DNA from: Tetramitus jugosus
Taxonomy: Eukaryota; Protista; Heterolobosea
Assembly (NCBI GenBank): GCA_937625935.1
Contig: OW569390.1
Coordinates: 62,001-126,000, forward strand
Direction of reading: 5' to 3'
DNA: 64,000 nucleotides
Shown here: positions 12,148 through 21,666 of the stretch, one piece after another
Layout: each line of letters opens with the position of its first letter
Position numbering within the stretch: position 1 is the first letter of the stretch
Notes under the pieces: generated by a model
The model's input: the letters and a program-made list of their open reading frames with translations, nothing else
Told to the model about the DNA's origin: nothing
Database searches by the model: none
Program-made: the position numbers and the translations under genes

Positions 12148-12807
12148 TTATGATCGATTGGAAGCAAATGGAATAAAAGGAACACCTTGAATCACAGATG
12201 CCAACTGCATAATGCACACAAAGAACAAAAACAAGAACACGTAGAGCACAGCCAAAAACAACAATGATTTCAACCAGAAACCAAGCGTATTTCCACAAAA
12301 GTACAATCTTCCCTTTCGATCTGAATGGAACAAAAAGTATCTTGTGCCACGAACGAATCGAATCGTTGTTCTCTTCATGTACCTTCCACCTCTCTTGAAA
12401 ATGTTGACATGTTCACCAACATCTTCTTCTTCTTCTTCTTCATCATGTTCATCATTTTCATCATCGTCATCATCACCGCCATCGACACGTTTGTCTCCCG
12501 TAGTCGTGTTTGGGTCAATTCCTCGCGCCAAATCCATGGACCGTTTATTCTCCGCTAGGACAATTTGAGCGGCGGACAAATTATTTTGGGCGGGTAAAAA
12601 TGATTGGTCAATCACAACCAAATTATTGCTCATATTCATATTATTGTTGTTGACTTGATAACTGGCACGTCTAAGTTGTTGATCATTCATTCCATCAATC
12701 ACTGTACTGTCATTGTTGGCATGATAAATGACTTCGGCAGAGTGAATCGCATTTTGGTCAGTTAGCTCGTACTCGTTTGTACGATTCATATCTGGATTGT
12801 GCATCAT
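12148..12807 (-). CDS. Single-pass membrane protein with a Na,K/H,K-ATPase beta-subunit-like juxtamembrane and TM segment
   Basis: An acidic tract is followed by YFLFHS..GRLYFCGNTLGFWLKSLLFLAVLYVFLFLFF, resembling beta-subunit FIWNS...[20 protein letters not shown]. No ectodomain. Confidence 0.55.
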   Translation of the reverse strand: MMHNPDMNRTNEYELTDQNAIHSAEVIYHANNDSTVIDGMNDQQLRRASYQVNNNNMNMSNNLVVIDQSFLPAQNNLSAAQIVLAENKRSMDLARGIDPNTTTGDKRVDGGDDDDDENDEHDEEEEEEDVGEHVNIFKRGGRYMKRTTIRFVRGTRYFLFHSDRKGRLYFCGNTLGFWLKSLLFLAVLYVFLFLFFVCIMQLASVIQGVPFIPFASNRS

Positions 12808-13169
12808 GTTTTTTTTTGTTTGTTGAGTTGTTTTTGTTTGGCTTGGTTGTTGTTGTTTGAGAGGTTCACCAGAGAGAATAAGAACTGTTCAGGTGTGGGT
12901 TGTTGCGTACACGGGCGACAAGGGGAGAAATAGATGCGTGCGCGGTTTTTTTGCTTGATACTTTGTATTACGATGAAAAATATCACGCTGTTTGTGCTTG
13001 ACCTTTGAAAGAATCAACGGAGGAGACAATGCCTATTTTTATATGTGTCGCAAGACCTGGAAGGCTCCATCTGACCATTGTGTGGAGCCAGAAATTTTGG
13101 GTTGAGTTGTTGGAAACACTCAACAATTCAATAAATCTAAACCTAAATAAAGAACTTCCTTATTGTTTG

Positions 13170-13548
13170 TCTCCGTATTGTCCATGTCTTAATTGGCTTC
13201 CAATTCAATCACTGGAACAATGGCAATCTTCTCCAGAATCAATTGAGCGACTCTGTCACCACTCTTGATTTGAAAATGTGTCTCAGAGTGATTGAACAAC
13301 AGAACCACATTCTGGATAACTTCGTTTTCTAATGTAACCGTCCCCATCAAAAAACCCTCTTAGAAACAACAACTTTTTTGTGAGAACCATCAGACAAATC
13401 AGAAACATCCACGGACAATCATGTTTGTTTTTATCTGCTTTTGCCCAACATTTATTTGTTGTAGGCCTAAAAAACGTGGGTAGTTTTCGTTTTTCACTGG
13501 TATCCTCAATAATCCTCTCTTTCTTATCAAGCAATGGCTTTGACACCA
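13170..13548 (-). pseudogene. Degenerate LAGLIDADG fragment joined to a second dUTPase C-terminal fragment
   Basis: 13366-13337 encodes FLRGFFDGDG. In another frame, 13308-13192 encodes [39 protein letters not shown], then TAA, then DMDNTE. Confidence 0.75.
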
Positions 13549-13992
13549 CTACTCTGATTGGTTGATTGGTTTGATACCTGTTGAACCAAAACCACCAGTT
13601 CTTTCAGTTGGTTCCAGTTCATCAACCTCCACTACTTCAGGTGTATGAATCTTTTCAAGGATGAGCTGTGCAATTCTATCACCCTCTTTAACATGGAATG
13701 GTTCATCACTGAAATTAAACAACAACACACAAACTTCTTGTCTGTAATCACTGTCAATGACACCTGCACCAGTGTCAATAAAGTGTTTCCATGCGAGGCC
13801 GGACCTTGGTGCAATACGACCATAGCAATCTTGAGGAATGGCCATCACGAGATCAGTCGAAACAAGAGCTTTTCCTCTGGCAGGAATCAGTGCGTCACGT
13901 GCAGCAGACAGGTCATAACCTGCGGCATGTTTGGATGCTCTGGTAGGGATAACAGCCTTTTCTGATAGTTTCTTGACGAGTAGGGCACACAT
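13549..13992 (-). CDS. DUT: Trimeric dUTPase
   Basis: All five motifs present: [46 protein letters not shown] at 13992. Confidence 0.95.
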   Translation of the reverse strand: MCALLVKKLSEKAVIPTRASKHAAGYDLSAARDALIPARGKALVSTDLVMAIPQDCYGRIAPRSGLAWKHFIDTGAGVIDSDYRQEVCVLLFNFSDEPFHVKEGDRIAQLILEKIHTPEVVEVDELEPTERTGGFGSTGIKPINQSE

Positions 13993-14090
13993 GGTGGTAA
14001 TCAACAACAGATAGCTTCTGAAGAAGTGAAGAACTTTTTGCTTTTTGGAGTATGTGTGAATTTGAATGGAGATGGAAGAAACGGAAATGA

Positions 14091-14110
14091 CCGCGAAAAG
14101 ATGGCGGGTT
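14091..14110 (-). promoter_or_regulatory. Paired E2F-like element upstream of dUTPase
   Basis: Minus strand reads AACCCGCCATCTTTTCGCGG, about 100 bp upstream of the ATG. It matches the APC5 element at 17/20 positions. Confidence 0.45.
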
Positions 14111-14255
14111 CCAGCGAACGCTTGAACAAAGTACAGTTTACTGGTTAATTTAGCGAGTGTGATCTTGTGCATGATACCACCACATGCGATCACACATTGA
14201 GAGAGTTTTGAATTGTTATACATTTTGGATATCTATCCTAGTGATAGTGAGAGCA

Positions 14256-15739
14256 CTATTCCTCTTGAGCAACTGGCAAAGAATGAGCACTCCTCTGTTC
14301 CAACACGTCCACAAATTCCTCATATGCCAAATTACCATCTCCATCCTTGTCGAACAAGGCAAACACTAGATCTACAATCTTTGGTGCAACCTCAATATTG
14401 GCGACACGGTTCAAAATGATTGTAAAGTCCTTCTTCTTCAATGGCTTTCCACTAGCAGTGTACAATTGCATGGCAACTTTCAAGTCACCAATTTTTTCAC
14501 TCATTAAATGGAACGTCTTGAATGTCTCAAAATCAACCCTGCCAGAAGGCTTAAAGAATCCACGTGTCTTCAACAGATTCAACTGCTTCTTGAACTCTGG
14601 AATGTTGATCGAGTTGAAATGAATGGAGCTAGTGATGAGTTCATTGAACGATTCAACACTAATTTCATTTCTTCCCTCGACGTCATGTTGCAAAAACTCA
14701 TACAACAACAATTGATCCTTGAATGATTCAATAAATTGGTTGAATTGAGCAAAGGAGACCTTTCCTTTTCCGTCGTAACCAAAGAGCTTCTTTGTAAGAC
14801 CGCTATCTTCAATGGAGAAGCTAGCATTTGGATCCTTCTTGTTTGCTTCAATCACTTGCTTAAACTCATTGAGATCAATCTCACCTGATCCATCCAAATC
14901 AAACATCTGAAGAAAAGCATGACATGTCAACACCAAAATGATATTCAACAAACAGAAAAAAGACAAACACAGAGAAGAGAACAACAGATAAAAACAAACA
15001 CAATAATATAGCATACTTGAAAAGCGAGCTTCAACTGCTTCTTTGTCGAATTCAACAAGGTCAAAAACAGTGAATACTCATCAAACGAAATCATTCCGTC
15101 CGAGTTGGCATCAGCATACGAGAACATGAGTTTCAATGACTCATCACTCAACCTCTTATCTACCAAAAGCTTTCCATCTCTTCTTGGAAAAGCAACCCAA
15201 GAAGGTACATCTGCCTTTGAACTGATCAATGATCTTACAAATGCATCTGCTGACATGAGCTTTTCTCCATTGATATCAATATCAGCAAATTTCAAAAATT
15301 GTTTTTGATAATTCATGGAGCCTGTTGCCGCTCCCGCCGTAGATGATTTTTTGGCGCCATTTTCTTCTTCGTCATCATCATCCAATTCAAGACCAACAGT
15401 TTGAACGACAAATGATGAAAAATAGTATCCTGCGGCGACACCAGCCAAAATGAAGAATAGAGCTTTAGAGTACTTGACAAATGAACCTTGTTCTGCTTCA
15501 TGAATAAACTCTTCTTCTTCTTCTTCACCAATGTTGACAAATGTAGCATAAGATTGTTTCTGATTCTTGATTGAATCTAGCTTAAAAATTGCATTATTGC
15601 TATTGTTGTTATTGTTGGTACTAATGTGATGATTGTTGTGACTGTAAAAAATTTTTGTGGCGCCAAGTCGGAGTAATGATGATGAAGAGCGACGATGGGA
15701 GAGGAGTTGTCGTGAGGAACGAAGTAAATTGGACGACAT
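14256..15739 (-). CDS. MICU1: Mitochondrial calcium uptake protein (MICU family, EF-hands); intron 14907-15016
   Basis: Arg/Ser/Leu-rich presequence and a TM segment. EF-hands DANSDGMISFDE, DLDGSGEIDLNE and DKDGDGNLAYEE. LTKKLFGYDGKGK and IVDLVFALFD match the MICU pattern. Confidence 0.85.
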
Positions 15740-16061
15740 TGCAATTGGTGTTGAAAAAGAGTGGAAAAAGTGTAGTTTTTGTTGTTGTGATTTTTTTGCT
15801 TTGGTTTTTTTTATGATCTTGGCGAAACGGACAAAAGGCAATTGTTTTGTTGGGAACTGAGCGAACTTGCATTAGTTCTTCTTTCCAACTGTCCAGAGGA
15901 AAAGTTTTGTGATTGACAACGGCGGTTGTGAATACAATGTGACGAGTCATTATGGCCAAAGAGAAATCAAAAAGCTTCCAAGCCAACAGTTTTTCTCATT
16001 CAAGTCCTTCAAGCTCAGAACATCTCAGATCAGAGAAGAAAAAAATCAAAAAAAACGAAAC

Positions 16062-16617
16062 ATGTATGTGTGAACCCAAATCCATCTTGTCATTCATTGA
16101 TCGATATTGATCTCATGCTTTTGTGGTTTTAAATTTTGTGTTGCATGTCGTGTTGTTCAGGTCATCTTCTGAACAAGTCAATACTCCAGTAACAACTGCA
16201 ACGAGCAGCACAGGAACAACTCCTACTGCAACGGCGACAAGTTCCTCAAAGGTTTCATTCAAGATTACGCTGACCTCTCATCCAAAGCAACCATTTAGAG
16301 TGTATGTTTTTTTTGTTTTGCTAATTTGACACGAACTTTTGGACAACGTTAGCTTATAGTATTGTTTTGATGTTGTTTGTGTTTATTGCTATTTGTGATT
16401 GTTGTTTGACAGTGTGAAGGTTCCTGAAAATGCACCGTTTACAGCTGTTGTAAAGTATGCAGCAGAGGAGTTTAAGGTGAATGCCGAAACGAGTGCCATT
16501 CTGACCAACGATGGAATCGGTATTAATCCTGCCCAGACAGCAGGCAATGTATTTTTGAAGCATGGAAGTGACCTTCGTTTGATTCCAAGAGACAAAGTGG
16601 GAGCATTGTTTGAATAA
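16062..16617 (+). CDS. UFM1: Ubiquitin-fold modifier 1; exons 16062-16063, 16161-16301, 16413-16617
   Basis: [15 protein letters not shown]|[20 protein letters not shown]...[38 protein letters not shown]. Two GTATGT...CAG introns restore the frame. Confidence 0.92.
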
Positions 16618-16675
16618 ACTAGTGGTGTAGTTGTGTTTGAGTGTGTTGTTCGATCTAAAAGTTTAAGTTCATTAT

Positions 16676-17113
16676 TTATTGGTTCAATAGTTCACCGATG
16701 GGAATGGAATCTCGGCCAGGGATGTAGCGAGTGTGAAGTTGCTTGTATTGCTGTTGTTGCTGACGGTTCTTGTCATAGTCATCACCATAGAGCACTTTGA
16801 ACATGCACTCATAGATTTCTTGGTCGGAAACTTTTGAAGGAGGTCTTTGCTCAGAGTTGGTGTTTGTCTTGTGGTCAGGAATAGCTTCTCTTCGTGTTCC
16901 TAGGACAGTGCTTCTGTCGTCTTTGACTCCTTGGTCGGTGTTGTTGTGGCTTGAGTGAGGACTGTGAGGATTGTGGTTACAGGGCCCTGTAGGAGAACCT
17001 TTGTGCTTTCGATTACGCTTGACGTAGTTACTTGCTCTCAGCGAGCCACCTGGTAGTTGAACAAAGTTGATGTTCTGAAATTTCCAACAGTCTCGCTTTC
17101 TGTTCTCTTTCAT
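16676..17113 (-). CDS. Hypothetical protein, 145 aa
   Basis: ATG ORF with a C/A-rich leader. Basic patches, poly-Q and a C-terminal SIPIGELLN. No domain recognised. Confidence 0.5.
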   Translation of the reverse strand: MKENRKRDCWKFQNINFVQLPGGSLRASNYVKRNRKHKGSPTGPCNHNPHSPHSSHNNTDQGVKDDRSTVLGTRREAIPDHKTNTNSEQRPPSKVSDQEIYECMFKVLYGDDYDKNRQQQQQYKQLHTRYIPGRDSIPIGELLNQ

Positions 17114-17447
17114 TTGGAGGATGGTCTAGGTTGTGTTTGGTTTTTGGCTTCTCGTGTTTATCTCTTCGTTCTTGTGCAGTTACTTCTTTATCGAGTCAGA
17201 GTTGGGCGAGTATGATCGAGTTCAACCCCTCAGATTTCGTCTATTTACCCTTGTTCGAAAGATATACAAATACCTTTGTTGATAGCTGTATTTAGTAAAT
17301 TGATATTGAATACAATAGCGCGAAGTCTCCGGCGATAACTTGAAACACCTATTAAGGAGATTTTTCCCATACGGAATATATATTTTAAAAGGCCAAGTCG
17401 AAAGCGATCCTTACATGTACGAACTTGGATAAGGGCTGAATTCATCT

Positions 17448-18218
17448 TTATTGCACATTGTCAAACACAAATAGCTTTAGAATGATAAGGAATTGTAAGG
17501 CAAGAAGGAGAACAAATGGAGAAGCGAGAGAAGAAGCAGCAGAGTAATCATTGGATGCATTTCCAGCCGCTTCATCACCCACGCCACTTGTAAATGCCAG
17601 CCAAATGTCCGAATTTTGAGAATTATCAAAGAAATAGCTTTGAATCAGTTGCTTGGTAACCGTTGTCTGAATCACTGTATCCGACAACTGAACAGACGGA
17701 ATAATTTGCCAATTTCCGGTTGTATAATTATAGAGCACAGCAGCGACTATATCGTCGGGGTTTCTCTTAACATTGGTTCTATAAGTCAACGTGTAGGTGT
17801 TGGTGAAATTGGGTCTTTGTCCATCGAGGAAATGAAACTTGAAGAAACCTCCTAGATTCTTGTTACCAATCCTGAGCTGATTCTTTGGATCTTTGCCATC
17901 TCTCGTGACTTGAAACCTGAAATCGTCAGAAGAGTTGACTTGCACCTGCAGAAAATTGTCAAAATTAAAGAGACCATAAAAGTATGTAGTGGCAGTGATG
18001 CCTCCTGCGATTGGGATCACTTGACCTCCGTTTTGATTGTAGGTGTGTTTTCGTCCAAAACGTGAGTAAACAGTGGGCACCAATGGGTTGGTTGGTGGGA
18101 TCCTTGGTGGTTTACTTGGATAAGCTAGAGCTAACGAGATCAAAACACATGATAGAACAATCAATGAGAGGAGAAATTTTTGTGGTTGTAAAGTAGTGGG
18201 CAGTCGTCGTGGGTTCAT
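17448..18218 (-). CDS. Secreted/surface protein, probably GPI-anchored
   Basis: N-terminal hydrophobic signal (FLLSLIVLSCVLISLALA), beta-rich core, and small-residue stretch (SAASSLAS) before a hydrophobic C-terminus. Confidence 0.65.
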   Translation of the reverse strand: MNPRRLPTTLQPQKFLLSLIVLSCVLISLALAYPSKPPRIPPTNPLVPTVYSRFGRKHTYNQNGGQVIPIAGGITATTYFYGLFNFDNFLQVQVNSSDDFRFQVTRDGKDPKNQLRIGNKNLGGFFKFHFLDGQRPNFTNTYTLTYRTNVKRNPDDIVAAVLYNYTTGNWQIIPSVQLSDTVIQTTVTKQLIQSYFFDNSQNSDIWLAFTSGVGDEAAGNASNDYSAASSLASPFVLLLALQFLIILKLFVFDNVQ

Positions 18219-18736
18219 TTTTGTAAAGTGCAATTATTATTGGCGGGAGAGAGAAATGAAGCTGTGTGCCGTATTGTTTTGTGGTTGGTTCAAACGAACA
18301 TAAGCTTTGTGACTTGGTTTTGTGGAATTCTGTTCTTGTTGTTGCTGTTGTGCAAACAATTTAAAGCTCTTGTGGAGAAATGGAGGCTTCTTCTGGGTGA
18401 GATTTGCGCTCAGATGCTTTTGTATCGCACGAAGTGAAAAGCCGAAAAATCTAAAATGGTCCTGCGCGTGGTATTATTGCCGCAATGCTTGGATCTTTAA
18501 TACAACCAGAACCCTGGGTATCAAAGGCCAATGCAAACAAGTGCATCTCGGTGTAATCAGACATCACTAGCAGAGTTTTGCATAAATTGTCTTCTTTGCC
18601 ATAGGATATGCGAGACAGAGATGTGAAGGGTTAATCGATCAGTGAACGGAGAATATAGTAAATCTCCGTGTCAGGTTAAAGATTTACAACAGTTTTCGAT
18701 GCGGATCACGACCTCTATGCGGAAAACAACTTGAAG

Positions 18737-19912
18737 ATGTCCTTCTTTTCATCTATTCTCGCCTGTCTGGATGGTACATGTGATACGCTCTATGTTGAAG
18801 ACGAGCAAGATTTAATAGATAATGATGAATCTAATACTCTTTTCGAGTTGGACAAGTATCAAAAGTTGGTTGAAATCAACACTTTTACCAATATTTGTCA
18901 TAAGCCAGAGTATGAGTGTTTGGTGTTCAACGATAAGCACTTAACTCTAATGTTTCGATACTTGGACATGAATGCTATCATACAGTGTCTTGGAGTTTGT
19001 CGGTTTTGGTTCATTCATCTATCGAACGATCAGGACCTGTGGACAATGAACAAGTCGACAGATGGAGGAAATTATCCATGGAAGTTAAGCGACTCTCGAG
19101 GTTTCATTCGAGATTGGTGTTGCATAAGACCTATCATATTAAATACTTCAAGAAATAGAGGAGCAACAAAGAGCATATTCCATGTTTTCAAGCATCGAAC
19201 GAGCAGAGAACTGTTCATTATGAACACACTTCCCCACATACAAGTGCTCGATCATGCAATACAGCAAGAACAGGAGGGATTTACCTATTCTTGCGCCTAT
19301 CCGACCAAATGGAAGTTGAAGCGCGACATGCTCTCGATGAACTTTAACTCTGTTGTTTTGGGTGTACCATCGACGGGCAAAACTTCCCTGATCCGGTTGT
19401 TAAAAGATGGTTTCGTGTTTAACATCTCGCCCACATTTGCAAATCAAGTATTATCGATCAGTGTTTCGGCAGACACCAACCTAACCATGTTGGACATGGC
19501 TCGAGAAGGTCCGGAACAAGCAGGATTACTTCAATTCCTGGAGCGAATGGATGGGTTAATCTATGTTATTGATGGAACTGATTGTGATCTCGATGAACAA
19601 CTGGAGAAACAGCTCGGTGAGTTCTATGTTCGAATGGTCATGAGAGGAGTAGACCGTTTGTTTCGCATCCCGATTCTATTCCTCGTTAACAAGTGTGATG
19701 CAATGACTCGAGAGCAAGAATCACTTCCACAGCGAATATTGGCGAGTCTAATGAAGAACAAGGAAGAAGAGATACGGACCATCATGTTCCAATGTCCCAT
19801 TCGCATTCAGTTCTGTTCCACAAAAACAAAGTACAGCGTTGGAAAGGGAATTGAATGGTTCGTGAACGAGATGAGACACTCGTGGATCAATCCAAACACC
19901 AAGACGAAATAG
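18737..19912 (+). CDS. F-box plus Arf-like small GTPase fusion
   Basis: F-box FNDKHLTLMFRYLDMNAIIQCLGVCRFW...DLW. GTPase motifs GVPSTGKT, SPT, DGLIYVID, ILFLVNKCD and CSTK...GIEWF. Confidence 0.7.
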   Translation: MSFFSSILACLDGTCDTLYVEDEQDLIDNDESNTLFELDKYQKLVEINTFTNICHKPEYECLVFNDKHLTLMFRYLDMNAIIQCLGVCRFWFIHLSNDQDLWTMNKSTDGGNYPWKLSDSRGFIRDWCCIRPIILNTSRNRGATKSIFHVFKHRTSRELFIMNTLPHIQVLDHAIQQEQEGFTYSCAYPTKWKLKRDMLSMNFNSVVLGVPSTGKTSLIRLLKDGFVFNISPTFANQVLSISVSADTNLTMLDMAREGPEQAGLLQFLERMDGLIYVIDGTDCDLDEQLEKQLGEFYVRMVMRGVDRLFRIPILFLVNKCDAMTREQESLPQRILASLMKNKEEEIRTIMFQCPIRIQFCSTKTKYSVGKGIEWFVNEMRHSWINPNTKTK

Positions 19913-20033
19913 AGCTAAGATTACTTCCAATACATAGTTAGTGTTATGATCCAATTGTTCAATGCATTGCCATCAACAATCGAAAACGATTTTAAAAAAC
20001 TGTATACATGTTGTTTATCTAATCATGCAACAT

Positions 20034-21248
20034 CTACTTTCTCTTGACCAAGATGGCGCTCTGAGTGACCCACGAGCTCAAAAAGTTCCACAACAAGAGT
20101 CCTACCATACCAATGAGCATCCAGTTCACATTACCAAACATTCTCAGCTCCCTCGAGTTCACCTTGACAATATCGTCTCTGCCTTCACCATTTAGCAACA
20201 AATCAGTTGGAGTCACCGATTTGATCGACACAACAGAATCATACATTTCCTGTACTTCGTCCTTGCTCTTCAAAAAATCACCACCTGTGGCTTGCATCGT
20301 CCACATCAATTTTCTCCAATTTTTCTTGCCGTGAAAGAAGAAAATGGGCGCAAAACACCAGCAGACATAGAATTGGAAACCGACGCCCCAGATGAACCAC
20401 GAGAACAAATTGTTCATATCGTTCAATCCAAACACCAGAGCTGGATCCACGTTCAACAAGATGACACCAGCCACAAACTGAACCACCGCATCAAAGTAAA
20501 TGGTCCATTGAGGCATTCTAGTGTTCCAAATGTGAAGCAACACACCCAACAAACTACCCACAGTGACTTGAGCCACGGTATGATACCCCAGAATGACACG
20601 TTCCATGCAAATCAACGGAATAATACTCATTCCAATCACTCTTCCCAAAACGGGATGAAATGGCGCAAAATCGTAGACGAGCATTCCAAAAATAGCTCCA
20701 CTCATGGCATCTCCACTGGGCATACCATACAAGCTACCCACATGAGCAAACGTCAATCCACCATTATCAGTGCACTTGCATGGTCTAGACTGACGAAACA
20801 CTGCGTACAATGCAACATCGAGAACCAACGTATAACACACTCGATGCAAAAAATTTAAAGTCATCATTTGCAATTGAACAAATCGACGCAAATGACTATT
20901 TTTCACATCTCTCAATCTCACATTACTAAACAACAGAATAGGCAGCAACAAGTGTACACATACGGCCGTAATGGCCAACATGCGAGGGTTCACCCATTGA
21001 ATCAATGTGTTGGAGACCATTGTAAGGAAACCAATGGGGTATTCACGGAAGCATCGATTGAGAAAACTATTGTCATTTTCGTTGATGCAAAAATGTTGTG
21101 GTGGAACTGTTCCTAATGTTGTTGTTGTTGTTGTTGTTGATGATGTCAATGGTGATGATGATGATGATGCGAGAGTGGTGGTTGACCGATTAATGATGAT
21201 AAAGAGAAGAAATGCGAGTGAGAGGAGTAGAGTGTTGTTGCGACGCAT
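20034..21248 (-). CDS. PAP2-superfamily multi-pass membrane protein (lipid/dolichyl-pyrophosphate phosphatase-like), with atypical active-site motifs
   Basis: Motifs FRQSRP, YGMPSGD and ERVILGYHTVAQV..G. Signal peptide and many TM helices. Confidence 0.75.
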   Translation of the reverse strand: MRRNNTLLLSLAFLLFIIINRSTTTLASSSSSPLTSSTTTTTTTLGTVPPQHFCINENDNSFLNRCFREYPIGFLTMVSNTLIQWVNPRMLAITAVCVHLLLPILLFSNVRLRDVKNSHLRRFVQLQMMTLNFLHRVCYTLVLDVALYAVFRQSRPCKCTDNGGLTFAHVGSLYGMPSGDAMSGAIFGMLVYDFAPFHPVLGRVIGMSIIPLICMERVILGYHTVAQVTVGSLLGVLLHIWNTRMPQWTIYFDAVVQFVAGVILLNVDPALVFGLNDMNNLFSWFIWGVGFQFYVCWCFAPIFFFHGKKNWRKLMWTMQATGGDFLKSKDEVQEMYDSVVSIKSVTPTDLLLNGEGRDDIVKVNSRELRMFGNVNWMLIGMVGLLLWNFLSSWVTQSAILVKRK

Positions 21249-21666
21249 CTTCACAATCGGGTTGGAAACTACGTGTTTTTGTTTTTGTTTTTTCGTGTGA
21301 GTGTTTGTTTTTTTGTTGGTGCGGATTGGTGTGTTGAATTGGATGACTTTTCTCCACCCGTGGGAGAAACTGTGACGGATAATTTTTAGTTTTGGTTTTT
21401 TCCATTTCCTTGCATGTTAAACTATTGTCACAACGTGGCTGACTTTATCTGCTCATGTCAAAATATTTCAACAGAAATTCAAAGGGTAAAGGGCAAAGGG
21501 ATAACCCTTATAGTGAGGATCAGTTTGTAGCTGTGTGAAAACTTCAATTATCCAGAGCTCTGATATGATCTGGTATAGATGGATACATCTAGTTGAATCA
21601 TCGAGGTAGAGGAATTTTATTCTTCATTTCAAACACAATGTGACATACACGAGATGTGAAACATTG

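Noticed and set aside
13993-14223. Apparent 77-aa N-terminal extension of dUTPase in the ORF track
   Set aside because: It starts at an upstream codon and runs through promoter-like sequence containing the E2F-like element. The ATG at 13992 gives a normal-length enzyme.
17195-17240. TTCAA/TTCGA T-loop-like words here and near 40390 and 52045
   Set aside because: No cloverleaf stems can be formed, so no tRNA was called.
21481-21510. AAAGGG-TAAAGGG-CAAAGGG, a telomere-like run downstream of the CR gene
   Set aside because: Only three imperfect units, with no counterpart on the other side of the gene to form a terminal repeat.
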